Positions 1 through 11,993 of a stretch of DNA of 63,448 nucleotides are shown here, piece after piece; the stretch's first letter is position 1; each line of letters starts with the position of its first letter. The position numbers were made by a program, and so were the translations under genes. Location of the stretch: contig NC_068981.1 in the NCBI RefSeq assembly GCF_001194135.2, forward strand, positions 58,246,035 through 58,309,482. Direction: 5' to 3'. Source of the DNA: Octopus bimaculoides. Taxonomy: Eukaryota. Under the pieces are notes generated by a model. The model saw nothing but the letters and a program-made list of their open reading frames with translations, was not told where the DNA came from and did no database searches.

Positions 1-69
1 TATGTATATATATGTGTGTATATATGTATATATATGTGTGTATATATGTATATATATATGTGTATATAT

Positions 70-226
70 GAGTGGTTGGCGTTAGGAAGGGCATCCAGCT
101 GTAGAAACTCTGCCAAATCAGACTGGAGCCTGGTGTTGCCATCCGGTTTCACCAGTCCTCAGTCAAATCGTCCAACCCATGCTAGCATGGAAAGCGGACG
201 TCAAACGATGATGATGATGATGATGA
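70..226 (+). mobile_element. RTE LINE 3' UTR fragment with (GAT)n tail
   Basis: GAGTGGTTGGCGTTAGGAAGGGCATCCAGCTGTAGAAACTCTGCC...CCCATGCTAGCATGGAAAGCGGACG + (GAT)n. The same sequence ends the RT-bearing copies at 46340-46520 and 62845-63050. Confidence 0.9.
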
Positions 227-1406
227 TATATGTGTATATAACTAATTTAGAGACGAACCACCACTCTAGAACTCAGTCAACTAAGAATTCGTCCAAAACC
301 ATGCTGTGAGGCATATACCATATCAATATTTATCTAAGATTTTAATCTAAAATTTTAATAATATATAATATATCTTATAAAGAAACATTCATCATAAAAA
401 TATTAGTTTAAAAATCAAAATTATAAATAGGACAGTAAAAATTAATATAATAATATAAAGTGTGAAAGAATAAATGTATAAAAGTCAGTGCTAGTACATA
501 GACTACGCGCGTTTCATGGCTGAAATAGGACTATATAAAATCATAAGCAAATTCTATCCAAGTTCATTTGAACGGGGAAATTATTTTACTCCCCAAATTA
601 GTCACTCTTCAGGTCAAATTTCTACAAAAATACCTAAAATCATTCAAGGAATAAACATAAACATGAGAAATGAAAATATATATAAAGAGACAAAACCTGT
701 AAACTAATCCTTACATTAACGATATTAATATAATTATTAAGAGTTACAATCTAAAAATATTGAAAAAGAGTATTATAATGAACAAGGTTAAAACATTATG
801 GAAGAGGTAAATAATAGTAAAAAATGTGTTAGTGTATAAAGTTAATAAAGGGCGTGTGTCAATACTGTTTAGAGAATTAAAAACATAACCTATCTGCCGG
901 CGATTTACTGTAGATTAAACTAAAATGAGTGTACTATAGAATTTATACTAAATGGTCACGTGATAAATATGGCGTCTATTACCCAGAGGTAAATGCGTAT
1001 TATAATTACTAAAATAATAACGAAAATATCGAAAAAGAAAATCTACCTAAAATAAAAAGTTTCCTGAAGATTAAAAATACTAAAATACTTAAAACTCTCA
1101 GATTTACGCAGAATAATAACTATACCACATACGAAAATTATATATTACGTAAATAATGCTATGAGACATTGTAAAAGACCGCTCATATTATCGCTGGTTA
1201 AATCACTATGGAAGAAGTATAGATATATATATAAATTAGTTATATACATATATATATTATATATTACGAAACCTGGCGTAATATTATACCGATTTTTGCC
1301 TGTAAGGTTGGGTATGTTTTTATTCCCTAATATTATTACTATAATACTTTGAATATATTTATAATACGACTATTGTTTTAGGTTTTACCTTCAATTTTCG
1401 TTTATT

Positions 1407-3699
1407 ATGGAACTTACACGTAGGATGGCACCACTAATCTGGGACTCGTCATTGAAGGACATCCCCATTCCATCGAAAAAGGAATATACCCTTAAACTTA
1501 TTAATAATATAAAGGAGTTTATTTATAGAATAAAATGGATAACTCACTATAATAACTGTAAAAGTGCCAACATTAAAGATGAGGAGAATATCAATTACAT
1601 AAGTTCTAAATTTAAAACTAAAAGGGAACCCCCATATAATAGGGAAATTCAGTCTCTGGAAGACAAAATTTGGAAGGTGGTTAAAATCATTAAGTTTAAA
1701 AAATATCCAAATAGATACAATGAATATTTAAGAAATTTAGGAATTAAAATAAAAGAAATACGTAATGTCGAAGAAATAGTCGTACAATCTGATAAAACTG
1801 GCAACCTGTATAAGTTAAATACCATATTATATGATAAACTTTTAGAAAAGGAAATAAATAAAAAATATAAAATTGTCCCGGAAGATCCCATTTATAATAT
1901 TAACAAAGCCACTAGGTTAATCATGGAAAAATATGAGATAGACAATAAAACGAAACCGTATGTACCGATGCACCCTAGGATAACTTTAAAGGATCATAAA
2001 GACAATTTCTACTCTGACCCTAAAGGCAGACTAATATGTCCCAGTAAATCGGATTTAGGGACATTAAGTAAGTTAATTTTAGACAAATAAACTAAATAAT
2101 TATAAACTAAATAATCTAAATTACCTGAAACTCTGGACCAGCACAAATAATACTTTAAAATGGTTTAAAGATATTAAAGATAGTAGTAGTTACAAATTTA
2201 TCCAAATAGACATAGAGAATTATTATTCATCTATTAATGAAATTGTACTAAATAAGGCCTTAATATATGCTATGAATAAGGTGGGAATGACTAAAGATGA
2301 AGCTATGGTGGTAAAAATGGCTAGAAAATCGTTTATTAGGTATAATAATAAATTGTGGGCCAGAAAAGATACCAGGGATTTTTTTGATATCCCTATGGGA
2401 GCACCGGATTCTGCTCAGGTTACAAACCTAGTAGGAATTTATTTATTAGCAGAACTCCAATTAGAAAATCTTAAATTGGAGGGTGGATTATACAGAGATG
2501 ACCTCCTGCTAATAACGAAAAATAGCATGAATAGAACATTAGAAATATATAAGAAAATATACAGTTTCTTTAAAAGAAATGGGCTTAGGATTACAATTTA
2601 TAACGAATATAGCAATGTCAACTACTTAGATGTAAATTTCAACTTAATAACAGGTATAACCCGACCTTACCATAAAATTAACGAAAACCTGAAATATATT
2701 AATACTAAGAGTAACCATCCACCTTCTATTAAGAAAGCGTTAGTAAATTATATAGGGAAAAGAATTTCAGTACTTTCTTCCAACTATGAGATATTCAATA
2801 AACATGCACCATATTATAATGAAGCGCTTCATAAGGCGGGATATAATAATAATATTAAATTTTTCAACAGTTCTAAATATAATTATAATTTAAAAGATAA
2901 TTTAAATGATGAATACACCTTCTATTATAATAAACACAGCATTCAGAATCATATAAAGCCCGAGATAGGTCGTAATATGAACAAAATACCTCATAGTAAT
3001 AATAATAATAAAAATAAAATATGGCTAATAATTCCCTATGGGATACAGGTAAAAACTAACATTATTAAAGAGATTTTAAATATAATTAAGATATTTATTA
3101 AAGACAACAAGAAATATAAGGACACATTTTCTAGCAATAAATTTGGAGTTGGTTACTCTACCACTAATAATGTTGGCAACATCATTTCATCCTTTAATAA
3201 ATTTTAATTAAATAAGTCTTACAATAATAAATTAACTAATACCCCCATTGGACCACAAAATATAATTGATTGTAATTGTAGAGATAAAACTAAATGTAAA
3301 TTTAATAAAAGATGTAGTGTTGAGGACGTAGTATATAAATGTATAGTGATTTTGAATGATAATAACTGTAGTAAATACTACTTACACTGGATCGACTTCC
3401 AATAAAATTAATTCCCGGTGACCCAACATATGAATTCCTTTAAGAACAGAAATTTAATGAACTCTACGGGCCTTAGTAAATACATTTGGGAACATAAATC
3501 AAAAAGAATAGAATAGGAGTTAAAATGGGAAATAGTTTGCAAGGCTAAATCATATAGGATAGGGAATAAATTCTGCTTATTATGTACTAACGAATTTAAA
3601 GAGATATTATTAGCTAATAAAAAATTGATTAACTCCAACGATGAACGTAATACTAAATGCAGACATAAATTAAATTACTTATATAATAAGTTTAGATAA
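1407..3699 (+). pseudogene. Penelope-like reverse transcriptase-GIY-YIG endonuclease, interrupted by stops and frameshifts
   Basis: N-terminal SLKDIPIPSKKEY..KEFIYRIKW. RT motifs FIQIDIENYYSSI, PMGAPDSAQVTNLVGIYLL, LYRDDLL, VNYLDVNF, SNHPPSIKK. After the TAA at 3205-3207 the same frame gives CNCRDKTKCKFNKRC, VVYKC, then via compensating frameshifts YTGST, QHMNSFK, LSKYIWEH, KWEIV, CLLC, KCRHK. Confidence 0.9.
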
Positions 3700-3909
3700 C
3701 TAATTTATTTATTTAAACCTAGGATAAGGTACCAACTTATAGTTATGATCAGTAGTGTTAAATACATCAAATTAGCTTTAGAATACACTTTAATCATCAC
3801 AATATTATACAAAATTAGAACATATAACTACCTTTGACTTTAAAGTATTCAACGATAATATGAGCAGTCTTTAACTTTTTGCTTGAGTGGGTCATGGTGC
3901 CCCGTATAT

Positions 3910-3970
3910 GACTAAAAGACTTCACAAGTTAGACATGGCCTGGGCCTATACTGGCCAAAACCTAGCAAAG
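3910..3970 (+). ncRNA. Two tandem degenerate hammerhead-ribozyme-like motifs in the PLE 3' end
   Basis: Stem-II hairpins GACT-tcaca-AGTT (3918-3930) and GGCC-tatact-GGCC (3943-3956), followed by AGACATG and AAAACCTAG where GAAAC is expected. CUGANGA cores are damaged. The position matches the known location of PLE hammerheads. Confidence 0.4.
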
Positions 3971-3985
3971 TAATCAAAGTTACCC

Positions 3986-5770
3986 ACACACATATGCGCA
4001 CATACATACAGACGCATACATACACGCACACGCGTGTAACCCACACACGTACGCACGCATGCACACAACGCGCGCGCATACACACACATACATACATATA
4101 CACACAAATACACGCAGAGATACATACACATACACACATAAACACACATACACACACATATATATATACACACACATATATACATACATATACACATATA
4201 TATACATGCATATATACACATATACACATACATATACACTTGCATATATATACATTTTTACATATATACCCTTATATATATATATATACACAAATATATA
4301 CACACATGTATACACACACACATACATACAGACATACACATACGTACACACACAGACACACACAGACATACATAGAAACACATATACATACACGCACATC
4401 AATACATGCACATGCACACACACGCACATACATACACGCACGCACACACGTACATGCACACACATACACACACACGCACTTACATACACGCACATGCACA
4501 TATATACATGCACACGCACACACATACATACATACATGTACACATACATACACGCACACACACGCACATGTACGCACACGCACACACAGACACGCACATA
4601 CATACATACACGCACGCACATGCACACACATACACGCACATATATACATGCACGCGCATATACATACATACACGCACACACATACACACACGCATATGCA
4701 CACCCACACACACACACATTCTGGCACACGCACATGCATACACGCACACACACATACACGCACGCACATGCATGCACATGCACACACACATACACATGCA
4801 CATATACATACACACATGTACATACATACACACACACCCATATATATATACACACACACCCATATCTATATATATGCACACACACATATCCATATATATA
4901 TACATACACACACACACACACATATATACACACACACATACACACACACAGATACACATACATACACACATATACATACATACACACTCACATACATACA
5001 TACATGTACATATAGATATATACATACACACACATATATATATACACACTGAGAAAAACCAAATCACACCGTCTGATGGATTTCTAAATTTGTTCAGCGA
5101 TATGTGCAAACAAATATATCACCGATATGTGCACACAAATACAAACACCGATATATGCACACACACAAATACATACACTGATATGTGCACACAAATACAT
5201 ACACCAATATGTGCACATACAAATATATACACCGATATGTACACACACACACGCAGCCATGCAGGCATAAATATATACACACACACACACCCACACACAC
5301 ACACACCCACAAACACACAAATATACACACACGCACAAGCACACACAGATATACACACACGCACATGCACACTCAAATATACACACACGTGCATGCACAA
5401 ATATACACATATACACACATATGCGCACACAAATACACACATGCACACGCAAATACACACATGCACACGCAAATACACATATGCACATGCAAATACACAT
5501 GCACACACAAATACATATATACATGCACAAAAACATACATACATGCACAAATACATACACACACAAATATATACATACATACACGCACATGAATACATAC
5601 ATACATGCACACATATACATACACACACACAAATATATATGTACATACGCACATGCACACAAATATATATGGATAAAAATATATACATCTATATACACAC
5701 ACACACTCACAAACATTTAAATATAAAGAATGTGAATATATATATATTATATACACACACATATATATTT
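3986..5770. repeat. ~1.8 kb complex (CA/TA/CG) microsatellite with embedded minisatellite sub-arrays
   Basis: Direct. Purine-pyrimidine alternating tract; ACCGATATGTGCACACAAATAC-type units at 5096-5250 and ~20-bp CAAATACACACATGCACACG units at ~5425-5500. Confidence 0.95.
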
Positions 5771-5784
5771 ATTTTATTTAAGTA

Positions 5785-7841
5785 GTAGCAGGAGTACCCG
5801 GCGTTGCTCGGGTATTAAATACTCGACAATGGTCTTAATAGGTTCTACCATTTTTTTTTTTGTTGTACTACTCTTTGAATATTTTTTGCGTTAAGTTGCT
5901 TATACTGATATTGAGGAAGAAGTGATTTTTCCCATAGACCATAAATGAAGTAGTAACAACAGGGTGAAAAGCCTTGGCGAAGCTACAAGAGCATCGCAGG
6001 GGGTGCAACAACTGAATGTAAAGTGGCCCTGAAAAGGCCATGTTATCGTTCTCATAACAGCCCTGAAAAGAATGGTTAACTGTTCACAGGTATAAACGTC
6101 CTTTTTCGTTCACATAAAAAGCAATAGGTGCAGTGATGCCAAAACTCAAGCCCTCTGCAAGGAGATTGAGAAGCTGTAGTGGACAAAATAAAACAAAGAC
6201 TTAAGAAAAAAGGTAATTTTGAGAAAATAGCAACAATAGTACTCACTCACCATAAACCGGTTTGGCAGGGAAGCTGTGGCATGTTGGATGGCCTACAGCA
6301 CCTCACGGTAGACGACATTTTTCATTTTGGCTTTCGGGGTGAACACAAAAAGGTTTTTTTTGCATCCGACTCTTGAGCATTTGACGTATAATTGGCCATG
6401 CAAGAAGCATGGTTGGCCTAAGTGGAGGCCTGTCATTGTAAGTGTTTGGCCTTGGGACTTGTTGATGGACATGGCAAAGCAAAGTCGAAGGGGGAACTGA
6501 AGTTGACGCAAGGGACAGGGGCATTGCTTCTCTGATAGAGTATGAAATATTCTGGGTGTAAAGACATCTCCGATGCCGCAACCCGTAAGAATTGTTGCTT
6601 CAATAACATGAGGCAGCACATTTTTTACCACTAACCATGTTCCATTGCACAGATGTGGTGATTCCAGGTTCCTCAGCAGCATGACTGGAGCTCCAATTTT
6701 GAGGTGCAGTTGATGAGGCAGTAGACCAGAGGGTTCCAAGGAATTGAGGAATTCTGTGGGAAAATTAATGGCCTCTTCTTGGTCCACAACAATGTCCACA
6801 GACATGTAGGTGTGAAGGTTTCCAGGAAGGCTTCGCAATAGGTCTTCATTGAGTTTCTCAGAAAATGTGTTTTTGGGAGCTAATATGGCTCTTTTGCACA
6901 GTCAATTCAGGTTTCGGTAGTTTATGTGCAGATCAGGAGAAACAGCAGTCGTAAGGTCATCCGCAGTGTCCACAAGTGTGCCTACGTGTGAGAGAGCCAT
7001 CTCTCCAGCTGCATCAGAAGGAGCTGTGCCATCACCAACAGTGAGAAGTTGCTTGGAGAAGTCACCCGATAAGTTGTCGCCGAAAGGCTGGGTCCTCATG
7101 TTCAGTCAAAAATTAGGGATTTAAGGGCAAAAAAACGATTTTCTACTCAGTTTTCCACAATTATTGGTCATACATGGATGAATTCTGTGCAAATTGGAGT
7201 CTTCTAACGTTATCCTTAGGATGAGTAAATAGTGTGTAAAGTTTGAACGCAATCCAGTAAAGCAGTGAGAAGTTTTCGAAGATTGAAAGGGGTAAAAAGC
7301 ATATAAAAATCGATTTTTTTTTCAGTTTTTTGTGGTATTTTGTTGCACATGGATGCCTTTGGACATAGAACAGATACTTGATAAAACTGCCATAACATGG
7401 TGGTTTTTTAGCCATAAAAACCAAGGAAATCAGACTTTCCAGTAAAAAGTTTTTTATTGTGTAACTTTTCAAAGATGCAAAAAATCGATTTTTTTCAAAG
7501 TTTTTCACAATTTTCTTGGGACTCAGAGGCATCAAGGCAGTGCCAAAATATTTGTCTGAAATGTCACAACATGACGGTCCTTTTGACACCAAAATTATAA
7601 AAACTGGACGTTCCTGTAAAAACTTTTCTCGCGTGCAACTTTTACTCTTTTTTGCAAAAAGTCCCTTCAGTTTTATCAATTTTTTTCCTAGAAGGGGGGT
7701 ATCTTTTGGTATCGGTAAAGCAGTGACCCACCTGGGTAAATTTGTCATTTAATCAAAAGAATTTCATCAAAATCGGATGAAAAATGTGGAAACGCATAAA
7801 AAGCATACACATACAGACATTTTGAGTTTTATAGATATAGA
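5785..7841 (-). mobile_element. Internally deleted (non-autonomous) Helitron with both termini
   Basis: Minus-strand 5' end TCTATATCTATAAAACTCAAAATGTCTGTATGTG preceded by A. 3' hairpin ACCCGAGCAACGCCGGGT (5796-5813) followed 7 nt later by CTAC|T (CTAG-like). PIF1 helicase fragment inside; A|T target. Confidence 0.85.
6293..7110 (-). pseudogene. PIF1-family helicase C-terminal fragment of Helitron RepHel
   Basis: NMR, QLLTVGDG, (W>stop)LCKRAILAPKN, FPTEFLNSLEPSG, LKIGAPVMLLRNL, LCNGT, QFPLRLCFAMSINKSQGQT, HGQLYVKCSRV, KNVVYREVL. ORFs 6902-7099 and 6293-6838 are in one frame separated by a single TGA. Confidence 0.95.
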
Positions 7842-7911
7842 TAGATAAAGAATGTGTTACACAATGCTAAAATGGTAGAGATCAGAGATGGACAGCCCTT
7901 TTTAAGAAGTG

Positions 7912-8006
7912 GACTGCATGAAACATGGCTTATCATCAGGCAAGTTACACAAGGCACGGATCGTCATCAGGCAGACTATGTGAAAAATGGATCATCGTCA
8001 GGCAGG
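7912..8006. repeat. Three diverged 31-bp tandem units, possibly inside a hAT-like MITE remnant
   Basis: TCAGG at 7936, 7967 and 7998 (period 31); consensus GAAAMAYGGATCRTCRTCAGGCAG. Upstream CAGAGATGGACAGCCCTTTTT resembles a hAT-MITE end. Confidence 0.6.
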
Positions 8007-8017
8007 CCGCAGGAGAC

Positions 8018-9180
8018 AAGCTGTTTACAAAAGTCATATTTACCAGACTATCAAATCATCTTGACAGCCAGCAGCTGATAGAGAAAGCAAGTTTTTATAT
8101 AAGAATTACAGTATGATGGATTACATATTCACTCCAACACAGATTGTAGAATGACTGAAAGAACACAAGTTGCCTCTATATATCACTTTCATTGACTACA
8201 AAAAGGCCTTTAATGAATGTAGTGCTGAAATGTCCGGAAATGCAAGGAGTTGAGATGAAAACAGTGGATGCACCACCTGTATAGCTTTGCTATTGCCACT
8301 TGTAAGAGTTCCAATTGGGAAGAGCATCAAACAAGGAGATACCACCTCTCCAAAGCTCTTCACTGCATGTGTAGAAATAATTGTCAGAGATGTTGACTGG
8401 ACAGGTGGCATAAACATCAGTGGCAAGCTACTAACACACCTACAATTTGCAAATGTCATCATACTCACTGCCAAAATTACAGATCAGCTGCAGACCATAC
8501 TAATAGTGTTGGACATCCATAGCTCAGCTGCAGGCCTTAAAATGAACCACATAAAGCAAATATATGCAGTCTGATTATATATCACAAGGTAGAATACAGA
8601 CAGGAAGTGATGAAATCAAGGAGATAAAGGAGTATATCCACTTAGTGCACACAAGGAATATGCAAAAAAGACATGGATACTGAAATCTCAGGGAGAATAA
8701 GCACAGAAGGAAAGGTATTTACATAAAAGATGTGTTGAAAGCAAAGCTGAACAAGACCCTACATACCAGTCTCTTCTATAGTACTGTTCTACCTGTGCTC
8801 TTGTATGCCAGTGAGACATGGAACACTTACTACAAAGAGGGAAGGAATTCAACTGGCTATGGCACAAAGGGCCAAGAAAGATTCATGCTAAGTATATCAC
8901 TTTAAGAGTTTATCTAAAATGGGGTGATTTGGGAACAAAACAGAGTAGAATAATTTAATTACAAAATATTAAAAGCACAAGTTCTGGTTGGCCAGATATG
9001 TCAAAAGGCTCACAGTCAATACATGGACTTATACAGTTGTGAGTGGTATCTAAGGGATTAGGAAAAGCCACACAGAAGAGCCCATGATGATGGAAAACCG
9101 AATTTAGTAAAACAATTTAGGATAAAATGGAAATATAAGGTGCAATAATAATAAAAAAATTGGAAGCACATTGTGATCAG
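8018..9180 (+). mobile_element. RTE-clade LINE, decayed RT and C-terminal region (lineage distinct from the main family)
   Basis: KLFTKVIFTRLSNHLDSQQ, YITFIDYKKAF, KSIKQGDTTSPKLFTAC, GINISGKLLTHLQFA, GLKMN. No PHD insert seen. Confidence 0.9.
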
Positions 9181-9302
9181 CAATGTATAACATCTCATAG
9201 TCTGGTCAATAGAGTAATACAGTAATATATATATACATGGGCAGGAAGGCAGACACACAGACACACACACACACACATATATCATACATACATGTATGTG
9301 TT

Positions 9303-9364
<62 letters not shown>

Positions 9365-9433
9365 NNNNNNNNNNACTATTCTAAAACTAAACATTTCGAA
9401 GAATTATACATATAAATACACACACAGATACAA

Positions 9434-9581
9434 GCTTCTTTCGGTTTCCATCTACCAAATCTACTCGCAAGATTTTTGTCAGCCTGGGGCTGTAGTAGAA
9501 GACATGTCTAAGGTGCCATGCAGTGGGATTGAACCCAGAACCATGTGATTGGGAGGCAAAATTTCTACCGCACAGCCATGC
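9434..9581 (-). mobile_element. tRNA-derived SINE family 1, 5' half
   Basis: Reverse complement of GCATGGCTGTGCGGTAG...GGTTCAATCCCACTGCATGGCACC; homologous to 10839-11250. Confidence 0.85.
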
Positions 9582-9740
9582 TTCACTGTTGTGTGTGTGT
9601 GTGTGTAAAATCACATACACACATAATCATACACATATATAATTATATACATGCTATATATATATATAGATAGATGCATGTGCATGCACATATTTACATA
9701 TATACATGCACACATATACACAAACACGCATTTGCACACA

Positions 9741-9870
9741 TGATCATTCGAAACGTCTAGATAGAATAGAGACAGCTGATGAAGGGATATTCCAAGGGGC
9801 TTTCCGTTTTCCTATGTGTTCGTTCCGTTGTCTGTGGTTTATTGTTCTAGCGTCCTGTACCCTGATATGC
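9741..9870 (+). mobile_element. Possible Penelope pseudo-LTR fragment with hammerhead core motifs
   Basis: GAAACGTC at 9750-9757 and CTGATGA-AGGGATATTCC at 9776-9793, inside microsatellite. Stems are not complete. Confidence 0.4.
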
Positions 9871-9939
9871 ATGTATATACACATGTGGATGTGAGTATGT
9901 ACATATATGTGTGTATACATGTATATATATTCTTTGTAT

Positions 9940-9998
<59 letters not shown>

Positions 9999-10838
9999 TG
10001 TACACCTACACATAGACATAGACATACATGTTTGTACATCAGTGCTACAAGGACCATCTAGTTTTTCTTATGGATGACTGATGTCTTGTAGTGTGTCTTT
10101 GTTTAAAGTGAAGAATTATGCATGATCAACCTCACTCTTGTCCTTAACCATCCTCAATCTAGTGGCAAGAACAGATGAAGACTCTGGTGATCAAGATAGA
10201 TGCAGTGGATAACCATGATGTCTTACTTGTCTCATCTTGCTATCTGCAAACTAAAATCCATTGCTGTGGCTGCTTTCCCCTCTGTTGAACCATAAAGGCT
10301 CCACAAAGTTCACTGGGTCCAGTCTTCACTTACTTGAGCAAGTTCTAGTATGCTAATTATCCTATAGCTTGTACCAAGTGCAAACACAATTGGCTGGATA
10401 TAATTGCTTGGAATAGACAAGAATAAGTATGTAATATCATAGAAGTCAACTACCCTACTAATGCAAATATCTCTTCAAAGATCAAAGAGAAAGAGAACTA
10501 CAGACAACTGCCTTCAGCATCTATACCTGGATTATAAATTCACATTTATACAAATAATTGATGCACTCCGTTTTGCTACTAAATGCCAAAGTAACAATCT
10601 GGAAAAGCTGGGGATTTTAGAAAAAGAAAGCAACCAGTTAACATATAAATTACAAATGCAATCTGTAAATAGAACAATAGGAATATGCAAGAGTTTCTTT
10701 ATTCAAGTTCACAATACAAATTTGTTTTTCTTGTCTATATTCCTGCAATGGAAATTTGTATCTATGTCAGAAATCAACTTTTTTCTTATAGGAAGGCTTC
10801 AAAAAATTCAAAAAAATAGAAGAGAATACACAAACATT

Positions 10839-11250
10839 CAGGAGTGGCTGTGTGGTAAGAAGCTTGCTTCCCAACCACATGGTTCTGGGTTCAGTCCCAC
10901 TGTGTGGCACACCTAGAACAAGTGCCTTCTACTATAGCTTCGAACTGACCAAAGCCTTGAGTGGATTTGGTAGATGTAAACTGAAAGAAGCCCATCATAT
11001 GTATATGCATATATATATATATATGTATGTATGTATGTGCGCATTTGTTATTTGTGTCTGTTTGTCTTCCCACCATTGCTTGACAACTGATGTTGGTGTT
11101 TACATCTCCGTCACTTAGTGGTTCAGTAAAAGAGACCAATAGAATAAGTTCTAGGCTTACAAAGAATAAGTCCTGGAGTCGATTTGTTTGACTAAAGGTG
11201 GTACTTCAGCATGGCTGCAGTTAAATGACTGAAGCAAGAATAAATAGAGA
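10839..11250 (+). mobile_element. tRNA-derived SINE family 1, full length with internal microsatellite
   Basis: A-box-like TGGCTGTGTGG and B-box-like GGTTCAGTCCC head, internal (TA/TG)n, 3' CAGCATGGCTGCAGTTAAATGACTGAAGCAAG tail. Homologues at 19276, 54181 and 60765. Confidence 0.9.
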
Positions 11251-11461
11251 GAGAGACAGACAGACAGACAGACAAAAAATAAAGTAGTTGGAATGTTGGA
11301 TGATTATATATATTTTTTTATTTACATCTTATATACACCTTTAGCACTTTCTTCCATTATCGGATTTATCAAAAATTGGTTTAAAGTTAGATTTCTTGGC
11401 ATTTTTATATATAAAAAATTGTGGGGTTTTCCAAGCAAGAAAGAAGAAAAAAGTTTGAGAA

Positions 11462-11960
11462 GGAGGGGGAGGTAAAGAGGCATGGCTTTTGTATTGGTAT
11501 GGTCAGACTTGTTTGTTTCAGGATTCAATACTTAATGACCTTTTTGGGTGGGGAAGGAAAAGAACTTTTGTATTTGAATTTATCAAGGTTTTTAATTGAT
11601 AAAAACCAGATGTAGTTTTTGACTTTCTTCAATAAAAATTATAATTGCATTTCCACGTCTTGCTTCTTTATTCTTTTGTGTTCATTAATGTGGAGGAGGT
11701 AAAGAGGTGTGGCTTTTGTACTAGTGTGGTCAAATTTGTTTAATTAGGATTCAATATTTCATGGTCTTTTGGGTGGGGAAGGAGAGGAATTTTAGTAGTC
11801 AAGGTTTTTAATTGAAAAACCAGATGTTTTTAACTTTCTTCACTAAAAATTATAATTGCATTTCTATGTCTTGTTTTTTATTCTTTTGTATTCTATAAAG
11901 AATGGTTCTATGGATGTGGTCAACTTTTTTTTGATTGACTATCTGTCAGTTTTAACCCTG

Positions 11961-11993
<33 letters not shown>

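Larger units (their letters stand above)
246..3985 (+). mobile_element. Penelope-like retroelement (RT + C-terminal GIY-YIG), decayed
   Basis: PLE-type ORF fragments 1407-3699, hammerhead-like stems at the 3' end, flanked on both sides by TA/CA microsatellite. The 5' boundary is approximate. Confidence 0.85.

Noticed and set aside
3912-5785. Many long ORFs (up to 459 aa) rich in H/T/Y or C/V/M
   Set aside because: Translations of CA/TA microsatellite; no coding signal. The same applies to ORFs near 9.2, 35.6, 41.3, 50.8, 53.7 and 56.9 kb.
7161-7748. 195-aa ORF in the Helitron 5' arm
   Set aside because: No recognisable domain; K/F-rich translation of a non-coding transposon arm. Not treated as a captured gene.
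7912-8006. CRISPR-like or hammerhead interpretation of the 31-bp repeats
   Set aside because: Eukaryotic context, no unique spacers, and no GAAA core after the CTGANGA motifs.
10090-10420. Coding-like unique stretch
   Set aside because: Stops in all frames and no recognisable motif; probably an ancient TE relic.
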